From contig CM069161.1 of NCBI GenBank assembly GCA_035221665.1, positions 3,782,001 to 3,846,000 of the forward strand: a stretch of DNA of 64,000 bases. Reading direction: 5' to 3'. The stretch's first letter is position 1, and each line of letters starts with the position of its first letter. The notes beneath the pieces were generated by a model, which was given only the letters and a program-made list of their open reading frames with translations, did not search any database and was not told where the DNA came from. A program made the translations under genes and the position numbers. This document shows positions 38,971-52,400 of this stretch, piece after piece. This DNA comes from Okamejei kenojei. Its lineage: Eukaryota.

Positions 38971-40921
38971 GGATGTTAGTGATGCCGGCCTTTCACTGGG
39001 GTCCTTCCACCAAAGGAGATACTAAATGCAGATGCCAAGTTGTACTTTACCACAGCACCATTAACATTTCTATTGAGGATACTCCAGCTCACGTGGCCAG
39101 ATATATAAAAAAACACCAAGAAAAACTTTCACAAAACCAAAAAATAGAAAATGCAAATCATATTGGACGATGCATTTTATGTTCATATGCACAAAATAAC
39201 AATTACGCCAGGAACAGCTTTTAGGAAAGGATTGTGGATTGCAACACAGGCGGGAGACGAGTCACTCTGGAAAGTCTGTATTCTGATTTCTGAGCTGCTA
39301 CAGTTAAAATGGAAGAAACAAAAAGCAAAAGACACATCCACTGACATTGGACTTTAAAACCTAAATTGCGAAAGAGCGTTAAGGCTCTGTTATCCTGTAG
39401 TAAACTCTCTATTTTATGGAGCAGATGCAAATAGGAGAGGGTAATTCATATTCACTCCACATTTGCTAAATCCACCCTATTTAATCGACATTGTCCGTCT
39501 ATTCAAATTCAACTTGGGCCTTGACTCAAGTATGTTAGTCCAGAGAATAAACTGCAAAAAGAGCAGTACTGTATCTGTTTCTCCCCACCCCCAATGCAAA
39601 CAGTTTGAGATTCTTTTACTGTGGTCTCAACTTCAATTACAGGATTAGCAGTGTTTCTCAATTCTCGCTACCTGTGGTGTGTTAAATACCCTGATGGCTC
39701 AGAGAAGCTAACTGATAGGGACTGTGGCACATTTCTTTCACTTTCCTCCTACTCCCCAATTCACCAGAATAACAACAACACTCCCTTTTATTAGAGTTGC
39801 TTCTTTAATATGAAACATGCAGATTCCAACAAATCACCATGTCCCGCCCATCCAAACACCCTCCATAATTTAGGGGAAGATTCCGCAGGATAGCAGAAAT
39901 ACGTTGCAAGCATACAATTATAAAGTGTTTAAATGTACTTCAATAGAGCAACATCAAATACAGGGAATTAGGTCCATAATTGCTTTGCATTTGTAAGCAT
40001 ATTAACTGTTGAACACAGGCTGCTAAAATGCTTTGCCTTCCTGTGTCGTGCAATCTACCCTCTTTGCTGTGCTCCCATCCATGCTATCTTGGCTGAGGTT
40101 TAAAAACCATGGCCATCTTTATGCAATGCCCATAAATTAACCAGTGGCAACACCGTAACGGATATTTTTTAGTACCTTCTAATCCAGCGCGGGGACTGAA
40201 TCAAAGCAGTTTCACATAGAGCTAAAGAATTATTCAAGTGAGTCAGCAATGCAGTTGGTGTCCATAGTTGGTAAGAAATTAGCCACTTTGCAATTAATTG
40301 AAAATTTACAGTTGGCTTAAAGTTGATGAGGTACATGGAGGGGTGGGTAGGAAGTAAAGAGGAAAAAACGTTACTGAATGTGACAGTGCAGAATGCAGGC
40401 AGACCTTGTAATTCTTTGAACGCACGTGCACATGTTAGCATGCGTCTGTAAGTTGCCTGGAGAATACAAATGGTGTCAACAGGTATGCAGGTAATTCTGC
40501 CTTTGGTAGTATCACATTATTGGTAATATCACATTTTCGTTGTAGTTTACACCAAGTTAACCGTTTGTAAAGAAAATATAAATTACAAAAGTAAAATACC
40601 CAATAACTATAGAATATTTATGAGAGATATTGAGATTTTGGCAGTAATGGTTTAGAACAATTTCTAAGGTCAACACAGAATTTGACTACCCAATTAGCTT
40701 GATAATCACTCAGGAATCCAAAAAGTCTTAAAGCAAGATTCAGCATATTGCGAATGGACAGACAACCAAGATAGTACATGATCTCCATAACTACATAATA
40801 TATCATGACTGGTTATATGCATATCAGAACTTTTCCCCTGAAGTATACACTCGGAGAGGACACAAAGGTGCAGAATTTTATGTAACTAATGAAAATCTTT
40901 TTTTTTTTTTTAAGTTTCACA

Positions 40922-41357
40922 GGATCATACACCACGGAAACAGGCCTTTGGCCCTCTAAGTTTGCATTGATGATCAAAACACATATTTACATTAATATTG
41001 GACTAATCTCATTTCATTCTCAACAAATCCCCTTCAAATTTCCACAGAATTTATTGCTCACTTAGACATTTGGAACGGTTCCAGTGGCAATTCCCGCACC
41101 AATCTGCACATCCCTGAGATACAGGAGGAAACAGGGAGAATATGCAAACTCCACACAATCAGTAAATCTCAGTGTTAAAGAAGGAACTGCAGATGCTGGA
41201 GAATCGAGGGTCTCGACCTGAAACGTCGCCTATCTCCTTCGCTCCTTAGATGCTGCTGTACCCGCTGAGTTTCTCCAGCCTTTTGTGTACCCCAGTAAAT
41301 CTCAGTACGTCTGGGTATTTGTAGCTGTGAGGCAGCAGCTCTGCTGGATGTGCCATG
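40922..41357 (-). mobile_element. Diverged V-SINE interrupted by a Penelope-terminus element
   Basis: cacggaaacaggcctttggccc tail, gggagaatatgcaaactccacac core, and head remnant gctgtgaggcagcagctct...gtgcca after the insertion. Confidence 0.7.
41174..41292. mobile_element. Penelope-terminus-like element with an inverted terminal piece and 14-bp TSD
   Basis: Same subfamily as 28003 (gaaacgtcgcctatctccttcgctccttagatgctgctg). TSD cagtaaatctcagt at 41160-41173 and 41293-41306. Confidence 0.9.
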
Positions 41358-43919
41358 GTACTAAAAAAAAGCACTGTGCTAACCCATGATGCCATTCCAT
41401 GGTCTCTTTAACAGCCAGAGGACAGTAAAAAATATATGCTTTGATCTTTTTAGAAAACTTCTGCTGCTCTTCCATACAAAAGGGCCCCACCAAAAGCATG
41501 CACATCACATACAAATTCAGGAGAGCTGGAAATAAGGTGGAATAAGGAAGCCCTTCTTTTAGTCGATTCCACAAAATAAAAAAAAATAAAAATCTTGTTT
41601 TTGCATGACTTGCTGAGTATTTCCAACACAAGCTTGTTCTCTCTGAGCCATGCCAACATCAGATTGTAATACCCTTTCCCCAAATCCAGAGGGGCTCACA
41701 TGAAGAATGGCTGCTTAGTAAGAGTTTTGCCATTGGTCATGGTGTCCCAGCAGGATCATTGCAGGAGAGGAAATTGGAGGAGAAATAACTAGCACCACCA
41801 AAGTTAAGCCAATTGCCAAAGCCTGGGGCAAGGCTGGTGCCGATTTGAATAATGTACTCCTAAGCATTAGCATTTCAATATCTAATATGTAGCTTCCAAC
41901 AGCTTTCCCCGTTTCTCAGGAAATGTCAGTTTTCTTGTCCATTAAAAAAATGCAAACTAAACTGCTTCCCCCCACCCTCATAGGGTCATGCTATAGGTCA
42001 CACTACCTTGCTTATTCTTTTACATTCCTTTGATGTTGTTTTTGCGTCATTTGTCTGAAGGTCTGCCCCTGCCTGTCTTCACCAACACTCCTGACTTCAG
42101 CACACACACACACACACAAAATGAAGAGCGGTTGCAACATCACAGACCACCTGTCAGTTAATGCAATCTAACATCTCAGACTCTGAAATGGCCCCGGGTA
42201 TGTCTTCTGAGTAACAAGAGGAAAGATAGAGTTTAGTCAGCTGAAATACAGCTGGTTACATTGAATATTTCCTTTCTACTCAGTTGAAACTTTCTGCCCA
42301 GTATTAAAAATCTGTTACGATAATAAAATGCTTTACCCTTGGCATGTTTCATCGAATGCCACTGGTCAGGTTTGAAGGACACCAGAAGTTTTGGGTGGAT
42401 GAATCTCCAAATGGAGAAAAAGGCCATTAGAAGATAAAATGAGCTTTCCATTAATTAGCCAACAGCATCAGACTAAGTGCAGTGTGTATAATCCAACTCT
42501 GCCATAACACAGCTCAAGAAAGGGAGCTGACTGGATGGATCCACAATTTCTCCACAAACAACTGACATTGATGTACCTCAGCATTAAACTCTGCCAATTT
42601 AATTATTGCCCTCCCATAACAGATGCAGTGCAAGTGATTTGAGTACAACACCTAAAACAAAATCTTGCATATGTTAACTGTCCAGGTTCACATTAATTTG
42701 CATTTTGTCAATAACCTTGTGAATAAGCTGCATTCTTGGGGCATATTTCAATGTTTTTGTGAATATTTTTACAAAGTAAATAATTGAATGCATCTTCTAT
42801 ATTTAGAGGTTTATAAATCTAACTAACATCCAGTGAGACACAGTCCCAAAGCACAGTGATGACGGCCATTTTGATCATTTGATCATTGGACATTCACTGA
42901 AAACATGTTGCTTTTACTCTATGGAGGCTGTGCTCAAGAATTCAGCAGCCCGAAGTCCAGATGAGCCTTGTGCAGTTGTAGGAATAGATTGAGGAAAAAA
43001 AGGGAAAGATAAAATGTACGCGCATTATCTGAAGGAGGGGGAGAAAACAGGGAGAGGAACAAATACAAATCTTTGACTGATACTTGACATCGGCCCACTG
43101 AGTCTGCGGCGACTAGCGATCACCCCGTACACTAGCACTATCCTACTCAGGACAACACAGGACGGTTTTCCAATGGGGTGGGTATGAGGAGGGAATGGTG
43201 GTGCTGTAATGGAGGGGTCACATCTAAGGATGAAGGCAAGTAATTTACTTATCAAGCAAACATCCAAGTCCTGCATTTTATGATCAAGATGTTCTAGGAG
43301 TGCCCAATGATATCTCAGCTCAACATGGCTCAATTTCCTTTGCTATCCTCCCAAGGATTGTTTCACAAGGAATTATCTTATCCTATGCAACCTGTTATCT
43401 GATATTATCCCATGCAACCCAACATCGGAGATCAGGCTGCAGTCCCAAAGATGACTCACTCCAGGAACTTCCAGTTTAATTTTAGCAATGATGTGAAATG
43501 ACCATGAAAAGTGTGAATTTAACTGAATTTCAAGGCAGTGCTTTCCCATGGTCCTTAAAGTACATTATGTCAGCTATACGATGATAACAAATTAAAATAC
43601 ATATTCGCAGATAGCAAGTCCATGAGTCCTGCTGTCATTCACCTGCTCTCAATTGAAAATTATAATTTAACTGCTCTTTAATCCGTGGGACTTGACCAGA
43701 ATTATTCATACTAACAGTATCATTCATACAGTAGGCCAAATTAATGGAGAATTTTCTACTCATTTTCATGTCAATCTTATCCTATCCCTTCTATCACATT
43801 AAAGAACTGTACTTTCTGCAATCTGCCCATATTTGTAAGGACTATTTTCCACATGGAAACAGTCAGCAGCGTTTTTTAAATTTATTCAAAACGTAGCAAG
43901 AAAAGAGGCCTAATGCTTA

Positions 43920-44700
43920 AGTCAGATAGTTGCAGATGAAATTTAACGAGAAATGTAGAATGTTTCATTTCCTTTGGAAGCACGGCAAAAAGCTATAAAG
44001 GTAACGGGGTGCAATTTTGAATGGGTACAAGAACAGGAAGATCTGAGGGCATATGCATAGTCTCTTTCAAATGACTGGACAGGTTGAGAACGTGATACAG
44101 GATCCTGGACTTGATACAACAATTAAATGGCTGTGAACCTTAAAACATTGGTTCAACCACAAATGGATTAGTGTGCCCAGCTTTGAGTGCCAGACTTTAA
44201 AAGAAATGTGAACTTTTTGCAGATGGGGCTGAAGAGATTTCAAAATAGAAATGGAGGAATGATTTTATTTATGTAAATTTGCAGGGACTGTTCTCCTTGG
44301 AAAACAGAAGGTTTAGAGATCTATAATCATGAATGGTTTAGATTAGTCGGAAAGAAACTGCACCAATGGACAGAAGGGGAAGTTGGCATCAAATGAAGAT
44401 GATTTGCCAAAGAACCAAAAGTAACACAAGGATATTTCATTCTCCCCAAGACCCAGCCAAAGGTTAAGGCCCAGAATGAGTTGACATTGAAGGTGGATTT
44501 AAACACATCATCCAAAAGGGAGTGGAATAAATATCTGAGAATTAAGAATTTGCAGGGCTGAGGAGGTGGGGAGTAGGACGAGCTGAAATGAGTAAGTGCA
44601 GAGTCAATGACTCCCGAGTCTCTTGCTTCAATACCCAACAGCCATTTTATTAATATATGCATGAATATATTTGCTGTAGCCATTCTGCAATTCCGCGATT
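43920..44700 (+). mobile_element. Old CR1 remnant
   Basis: gcagatgaaatttaac (QMKFN), cattggttcaaccacaaatggattagtgtgcccag (LVxPxLEYC-like) and ctgttctccttggaaaacagaagg. Confidence 0.65.
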
Positions 44701-45707
44701 TATTTTTAATTCAGGTTGACCTGTAATGAGTCCTTATAAACGAATAGCAATGACATCTACAAAATGTTGAGAGGGCTAAATGTCTGCATATTATGTTTAT
44801 AGGAATAAATTGGCTGTTGAGTATGAAAGCTAGAGTCTCAGATGCAAAGATCCTTCATATTTTGCTAATAGCCAAGGAAACTTACAACTTAGTTTAAACT
44901 GCCTCAATTTCCCTCTATTTTATCATAATTTATCCATTTGTTCATTGTGATTTTCATCCTTGCCGAACCATTAAAAAAGCAGGAGCATTTTTAAAGTGTG
45001 CAAAATTCCTCCCGAGAAGATAATCTGGAGAATCCCTCCACATTGTGATCCCATTGTTTCCAATGAGAAAATGTAACCCAGCTTTAACAAGAGCAGTACT
45101 CAGAATGTGACAACACATTTCAAAACCTCTAATTGACATCTAGCTGGATAAGGTTTCAGGAGACTATGCATTGGACTTCACATGCTCTCAACTGGATAGT
45201 AAAACATATTAGCTGACGGTAAGGGTACAAGCAGCCTGCCAGCTGTGTCTGTAGGCCTTATGCTCTTAAAGGTCCTGGACAAAAAGACCCAAAACAATGC
45301 TTTCATCCTGAAAAGTGAGGACACATTCGTCACCAGTGTAATTTTCCAGACACAAAAGAATACAGATCAACCAAATCAATCTTATATGTCACAAAATATG
45401 CCCCTGAAGGCATTGGAAAGTTGATACAATTTTTAATGTGTGTGTTGTAACAGGAGAAGCTGAATATTTAAGATACATATATTATATATATTTATTATAT
45501 ATTATTATATATATATAGGAAAGAACTGCAGAAAAGACGAACTTGAGGACTTATCAGAGACCAGTTCTTCCGCCAGGTTCTTCTTTGTTACACAGAAACC
45601 GATACATGTTTCCCCTTGACCCATTTCACCTTGAACCCCGAGAGATTATCTGAAAGCCTAGGTAGAGTTGATGTGAAGAGGATGTTTCCAGTAGTGGGAG
45701 AGCTGAC

Positions 45708-45832
45708 CGTTCTGATGCAGGGTTTTGGACCTGAAACATCAACAAATATTTTTCTTTCCACAGATATGGCAGAGTGTCTCCAGTATTTTATGTTTCTGTT
45801 TCAGATTTTCAGCATCTGTAGTTTTTGTTTTG
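45708..45832 (+). mobile_element. Older Penelope-terminus-like element
   Basis: ctgatgcagggttttggacctgaaacatc (degenerate hammerhead-like motif)...cagattttcagcatctgtagttttt. Confidence 0.6.
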
Positions 45833-46129
45833 ACTCGTTTACGATTGGTGTTGCTGGATTACTCTGGCTTGTCTTCACTAGCATTCCATTTCAGTCTAAT
45901 TTATCTAATTCTTCCATTGTTTTTCCAATGCATTTCAAACAGGTTAACGCTTGCAGTATTCTGGTTTTGCACCTGGCTTGAAACAGATTTGAGTGTGATA
46001 AATACATATGTAGATATCTTTGAACACTTGTACATACTTTCCCAATGTATGACTAAGCATCATTTTGAAACATCTGTATTTAACGTCCCTTACCATTTTA
46101 GCTTCAGTTTTGAGCCAGTCTTTGCTCAT

Positions 46130-46247
46130 CAAGGAACTGCAGATGCCAGTTTATAAAGTAGACACAGAGTGCTGGAGTAACTCAACGGGTCAGACAACAT
46201 CTCTGGAGATAAGGGGTGATGTTTCAGGTTGAAACCTTCCTTCAGAC
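46130..46247 (-). mobile_element. Penelope-terminus-like short element (single arm)
   Basis: aaggaactgcagatgcc...gtgctggagtaactcaacgggtcagac...gatgtttcaggttgaaaccttccttcagac. Confidence 0.8.
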
Positions 46248-46934
46248 ACTCCTTTGCCTGTCCATCTATTGTCCATCAATATGGGCCAATTAGAATCACA
46301 GCTGCAAACATCTGTAGTTTGATTTGTTGACTGCTGTGAACTCTAAACATTTCTGCCATCCTTCAGTACTTCACCTGAATATATTTTCAGGTTTACCTTA
46401 CCCTTCTTTCCAGTGCTTGGCTAAACATGCTTGGAAATCTTATTCTTGTCCACATAAAAAACAATCAGCTGCTGTTTCGATGATCATATCAAACATACCA
46501 AACGGCCATTTAGCTGGAGTTTTGGCTTGAAGATATGGTTGTCCAGCATTATTGCTATTCTGTAAATGTTGCGCGAGCTGAATGTCCCATCACTCACTTT
46601 GACTATTATAATGTGCAGATCTCCCCTTGTGGCTTCTTGCTGTGAAAGCATCCCCTGTGTAATCACATTACTACAAGTGCTTTGATTTTCTACCAAGGCT
46701 TTTGACTTGGACACTCGGAATAAGTGCCTCTTTTCATCTAGTTAAAACATTCTGCCTTTCTAAATTCATATAAAGTGCTGTATATTTTTCATTCCATTTT
46801 TAACAGCAACTCACACCAATCACTCCAGCCTTCCCTCTCACTCTACAAATTTGTCATTTTAATGCCCAAGAATGTCAATTTTGCATGGTATAACAAATGT
46901 GAGAATGCGTTTATTAACTTTGATTTAATTTGAT

Positions 46935-47295
46935 TTAACTCCAGCCTCGCGGACAGCCTTGATTCACTGTTGTTTGCCAACTGTTACAAGTCCAAGGCAG
47001 ACCCCTTGGATCTCGCTGGCCCTACACTCATTTCTAGAGCATTTAGATAACACCTATGCCCGACTCCTATTTATTGACTATAATTCTACCTCCAACACCA
47101 TAATCCCAACCAATCTCATCTCAGAACACCTGGACCAAGGAGTCAGCAAACCTCTCTGCCACTGGGTCCTTGACTCCCCGACTACAATCAGCAAGGATGT
47201 GTGACAAATCATCCTGCACAATAATTCTCAACAGCAGCAATCCACAAGGATGGATTCTCAGCTCCTCACTATACTCCCTATTCACTCATCCCCAA
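46935..47295 (+). mobile_element. Rex1/Babar RT fragment
   Basis: ISLALHSFLEHLDNTYARLLFIDYNSTSNTIIP (ORF 46959..47204) and PQGWILSSSLYSLFTH. Confidence 0.85.
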
Positions 47296-47832
47296 TTTGT
47301 AAGATGTGCCGGTGTTCCCTACTTTGCTACAGAACAATGCAAAGAGAGCTGCCACAACATGTGCAGCTGGCTTATTCAACCACACCTCACATTCGCTTCC
47401 ATCATGACATCATGCTATAATTTGTGATTAAGATTTATATTTGAAGATAGATTAAAATAAAAAAAGTAAACCCCCTACATTAATCTATTTATTACTACAA
47501 TGAATCATGCTTCTGCATGACCAAAGGTAGCATTTGTAAATCCAAATATTTTAACCACCTCATCACCCTGGAGGATTACTCGAACTTGTCAAGTGTGAAT
47601 CTCTAAAACAAAATCAATCATGAATCGGAGAAGAATAATTTTATATTCTTTATTAATTTTGTTAATAGAGAAGTTCACAAAATGTTTCTTTTAAATTTAA
47701 AATACAATCTCTCCCTAAGAAAAATCCTTGATCAGCAGCAGGGGTTATTTTCTACAAGACGCTGTTTTTGAGAGGACAAATTACCTTTCCACTTGGATTT
47801 TCATCCCTAAAGAAACTGGACATAATCTCAGG

Positions 47833-48685
47833 CAGGGGCGGAAATCCCGGGGGGGCCAGGGGACACGAGTTTCCCCCCCCGTCCCCTGTTTTGAAAGGTG
47901 GGGGATGATCCCCCAATTTTTCTTAACCTGGATTTTAAAGCTCGGTGAAATCTCCGCTTTCCGCGAGACAGTGGGGGTGGGACTGATGATAGAGGGCGCC
48001 GATTGGACGAGAGCGACGTCGGTCAGCAGGCAATGGGGGCAGGACCATGATAATTCAGCGTGGTGATTGAAGGAGGGTGACGTCCGTGGGGCAAAGGTCA
48101 GAGCGGAACTTGATGTACAAGCCCAGGTCAAGCAAAAAACACTCTTGGCAGCCCTGGACACAGACATGCGCCTCATCCGCAGCCAGGATCGATCCTGTGT
48201 CTCCGACGCTGTAATTGCTGCCGCACCGCCACAAGACCATCCCCGTCCCCACCCGAGTGGCCCACACCCCCCCCACAACTGGGGGTGGCCAGAGACGTCG
48301 GGAGTCAGAGAAGCAGCTCTAAACCCAGCTCAATTCTGCCTGCCAATGACGGCTCAGGTTAACAGCCAGCACGGAGAAGCAGCGCTAGCTCCACGGCTCC
48401 CGACTGGTGTCCTGTCAGTCCAGGCAGGGCTGTAGGTTAACCCGGCGAGACAGGCAGAGTTGACAGGCATTTAGCGTTGCTTCTCCGCGCTGGCTGTGGG
48501 CCTTACGCGATTTCTTTCGGCAACTGCCGGCACCCGGCACTAATTACCGTCCATAGGACCTATGGCTGAAGCCTCCAAAGCCTTGTGTGCGTGGGTGTGA
48601 GTGCGTGTATGTGTGCATGCGCGGCCGCCAAGAAATTGTGTCCCCCCCTGTCCCCTCCATGTTTTGATAGCGATTTCCGTGCCTG
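47833..48685. mobile_element. GC-rich non-autonomous DNA transposon (hAT-like)
   Basis: Imperfect TIRs caggggcggaaatc / gatttccgtgcctg. The subterminal motif tccccccc(t)gtcccct...gttttga appears near both ends. No clean TSD seen. Confidence 0.7.
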
Positions 48686-49233
48686 AATTATCAGGACATT
48701 CCAAAGTGCTTGAAAGCTAAAATGTTTTTAGCTTGCCTGAACTGTTATAAGATATCAAACATAACAACCACATTTTACTCAAATGCCCTGCAAACAATGA
48801 AGAAATTATGACCAGTCAACAGTGACATTAGTCAAACTTAAAATGCATTTAATCCTGTTTTAGTTGCAAGGTCTTCACATACTTCTACATTGAACTGTAT
48901 CTGTATTTTATCTCCAAGGTTGCTACACCTTCAGGTACACACAACATTATTTATAAAGAAAGAGGCAGTTGAGTTAATTATAGGTTTTCTGTAAGAACTT
49001 CTCATTAACCAGCCACTCCAAGGCATGTGCAAGGCTACCATTTATGGCTCTTTTTCCTCCAAAAGTTATCCTTTGGTTCTCGTGGGAAAGCCGTTTCAAC
49101 TCTGTGGTGGTTCCCAAGATGAATCAGGTGTTTCAATCAGAATGTAGCTTTCAGTAATATGGCTGATTTGAACACGAATGGTCCTGCCAGGCACCTTGGT
49201 CCTGTTCCCATCTCTCTTTTCCAGCTTTCTCCT

Positions 49234-49332
49234 CCCGAGGAAGGGCCCTGACCCAAAACATTGCCTGTCCATTTCATCCACAGAATTTACATGACCCACT
49301 GAGTTCCTCCAGCACTTTGTTTTTTGCTCCTG
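49234..49332 (+). mobile_element. Penelope-terminus-like short element (diverged)
   Basis: ccgaggaagggccctgacccaaaacattgcctgtccatt...gacccactgagttcctccagcactttgt. Confidence 0.65.
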
Positions 49333-49791
49333 ATTACAAGACTTAGTCGGACTTATTACACGTTAGTCCTCAATTTGCCAAATATTTCAACAATTTAAAG
49401 TATAAATAGTGCAATCAGAAGCTCATACCAAAGTTCTAAAGATTGAAAACTTTACCAACTTTCTATATTCTGTGTTTAAGGCTGTACATTAATAACTCAC
49501 AGGTCTTTATACACATGGCATCAGAAAGCCATGGAGGCATTTTCACCACAGCACCAGCATTGTGAATGAGAAGTCTAAAATTAGTTCTACTCATCTGATC
49601 TTCATCCAAATATATTTCTATGCGTTCCTTTTTTAAATTAATTAATATTCCTTTTCATAGCATATTCCAACACTTGTTATTGACTTTTCTCCCAGTGAAT
49701 AAAATATTCTTCGAGCATGACAATCACAAATTTTAAAAATAATAATGGAGGTTGAAAATATCCAATCTGAATGGAGGAAACATTAAAAGGT

Positions 49792-50066
49792 GGGATGGCA
49801 CAGTGGCATAGCGGTAGTTGCTGCCTTATACAGCGGCAGACACCTGGGGTCTATCCTGATTATGGGTGCTGTCTATATGGAGCTTGTATGTTCTTCCTGT
49901 GACCATGTGGGTTTTCTCTTCCCACACTCCAAAGATGTTCAGGTTTGTAGGTTAATTGGATTTGGTAAAATTGTAAATTGCCCCTACTGTACAGGACAGT
50001 GCTAGTGCATGTGGTGATCACTGGTCGGTGGGCCTTGTTTCCATGCTATATCTCTAAATTCTAAAG
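49792..50066 (+). mobile_element. HE1-type V-SINE
   Basis: ggcacagtggcatagcggtagttgctgcctta head; core; gggccttgtttccatgctatatctctaaa tail. Confidence 0.85.
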
Positions 50067-52147
50067 ATGGGAACACTTTGTTGAAGTAGAAATATCCTGA
50101 CCATTGGACAAAGGTTGCACTAAATGTTGTGCCCTTTATCCTTTGCCTTGATTGTATTCATGTATAGCCTTTTCAAGTCAAGAGTGTTTTATGATTGAAG
50201 CAGAATACTCTGGCGGTTGTAGGGAAAAAGCCCCTATACCTTCTTTCCGATGGCAGGAGTAAAATTGGAGTATGGGCAGACTAGCACGCAAACAAAAGCT
50301 TTTCACTGTACTTCTGTACACGCGACACTAATAAACTAAAACTAAAAAGTCATGTCATCAGGTTCCTGCAATTTTCAGAAATGCATCACAGCAAAGTTCC
50401 TGGCACTTCATTAGCAATTTTAGAAAAACTCTTGCAAATACTTCCTCATTGGTGACAAATTACAGCACACTAGTTAGATAAAATGTAAATACTATTAGTA
50501 GGTCTTTCGCTTGATAGAGAAGGTTGATTTTCAATTCATTAAGTGAAGACATGGCTAAAACACAATCTAACATTACATGGTGTTAAAGAGAGATTGTGAC
50601 CGACCTCTCAGGAGGATAAAAGAAGACATGATGGTGATGGATCAGACAAATTCTTTCATGGCCTGGCAAAAACATATCCCTTAGTTAACCATGCTGGAAC
50701 ATCTTATCTCGTCATTTTCATACTGTTACTCATATTTGTAACAGATAGCTGCTACTTTATGTACATTATGGAAAAAAAAATCACTACTTAGTTAAAAGAG
50801 TTTGGAAATCCTGAGGTCCCAATAGAAGTAAACCTTATAATTATTTATTTTAGAGACAAAATAGATTCTAAAGTTACCTCAACAATATGTTATACCTCCC
50901 TAGACACCAACAACAAGCAAGGGATTAACTAAACTACCCAAACAACATTACCTCAGGCAACCAACAAAAACAAAAACAGTGTTTTTTCTCACCCATACAG
51001 ATCCTTTGTGTTCTCTTGGACAAGCCACATTTGGCAGTGCATTTAATAATGGAACAGCTAAGGAAAACGAATAAAGCTCTCTTTGGGGTGTCCATATCCT
51101 ATGGGAAGGTCAAGGAATGGGTGCCCTTTCATGGGTGTACACCGTGTAATGGAATCAAAGCTTCAAGGAACAAATATGACATGTAGCCACTTCTAAGAAA
51201 AAGGGCCATGTGCATTAATTTAAAAATAAAATAATTGACTCTTATGCACTTGTAAGTTTTATTGCAGTTAGAGGTCAGCACCTACAAGGTCACTTCCAGT
51301 CAGGATGACTATAGTTAATAGCACAGGTCGGTTACACTTCCTAAACAGGAAGCCAGAACAGTTCATGTGCATATAAATACTTTCAGAAACTGAATAAAAG
51401 TAGAAACGGTGAAAGTTAAATTGTGCTAATCTTACAATAATTTTAATGCTTCCTACCACATTCCACAAGTGAGAGTGGTATAATTAAATGACCTATGCAA
51501 GTTTGTGGCTTATTAGCTCAACCCACTACTCTTCAAAGAACTAAACAGCTTGAATAATTCATTAGTCACCTGTTAGAGGTTACACCAAAAAGACCAGCAC
51601 ATGCCTGAACCTCAACAAATTAACACCCACCAAAACCCCACAGCAGAATTCTCTCTCCACAAGACAGCTATTAGGTTAACTGAAATTGTAAGAGATTGAT
51701 GAGACATCTGTTGGAAAATGGCAGGAGAGAAAATTGAGTATATTTGGGTAAATGGAAGTTTTAAAAAATTGGTCAAATTACTAAAGCAAAGTACCAAAAA
51801 TGCTAAAATGTAAAACAAGCTGGAAATACTTGAGGTCCAGCAGAATCTACATGGAGACAAAACAAAATAAAACATGGAGATAGATAACATTATTTCCTGT
51901 CAGTAGCTAGCAGGTCACTTCTGATCAACTTACTAAAGGAGTCTCTCGGGGGTTTAAGGATGATTCAACTTCAGTTCTATGGGTTTTGATATAGCCAGAG
52001 GCCAATGTAGGACCTCAATACATCAAATAAATGCAGGGCAAGAGGTGCCTGGACAGATGGGCAGTTTAACATATGGTGCACTCCTTCTGCCATTTATTAT
52101 CTGGGTTTCTTTGGATTCCTATTACTTCTCAATGTCGTACTGAATTT

Positions 52148-52400
52148 GGGCGGCAGTGGCAGTGTTATTGCCTTACAGCGCCAAGGAAACCGCTTCGATC
52201 CTGACCGCTGGTGCTGTCTGTAAGGAGTTGGTATGTTCTCCCAGTGACCGCATGGATTTACTTTGGGTGCTCCAGTTTCCTCCCACACTCTAAAAAGACG
52301 TACAGGTTTGTAGGTTAATTGGCATCGGTAAAATTGTCCATCCTGTGTAGGATAGTGTTAGTGTACGGGGTGATCGATGGTTGGCACTGTATGTCTAAAG
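52148..52400 (+). mobile_element. HE1-type V-SINE
   Basis: gccttacagcgcc...cttcgatcctgac head; ggagttggtatgttctccc core; tail ends tgtatgtctaaag. Confidence 0.85.

Noticed and set aside
47728-48435. Overlapping GC-rich ORFs or a CpG-island promoter
   Set aside because: They lie within a TIR-bounded non-autonomous DNA transposon and show no recognisable protein motifs.
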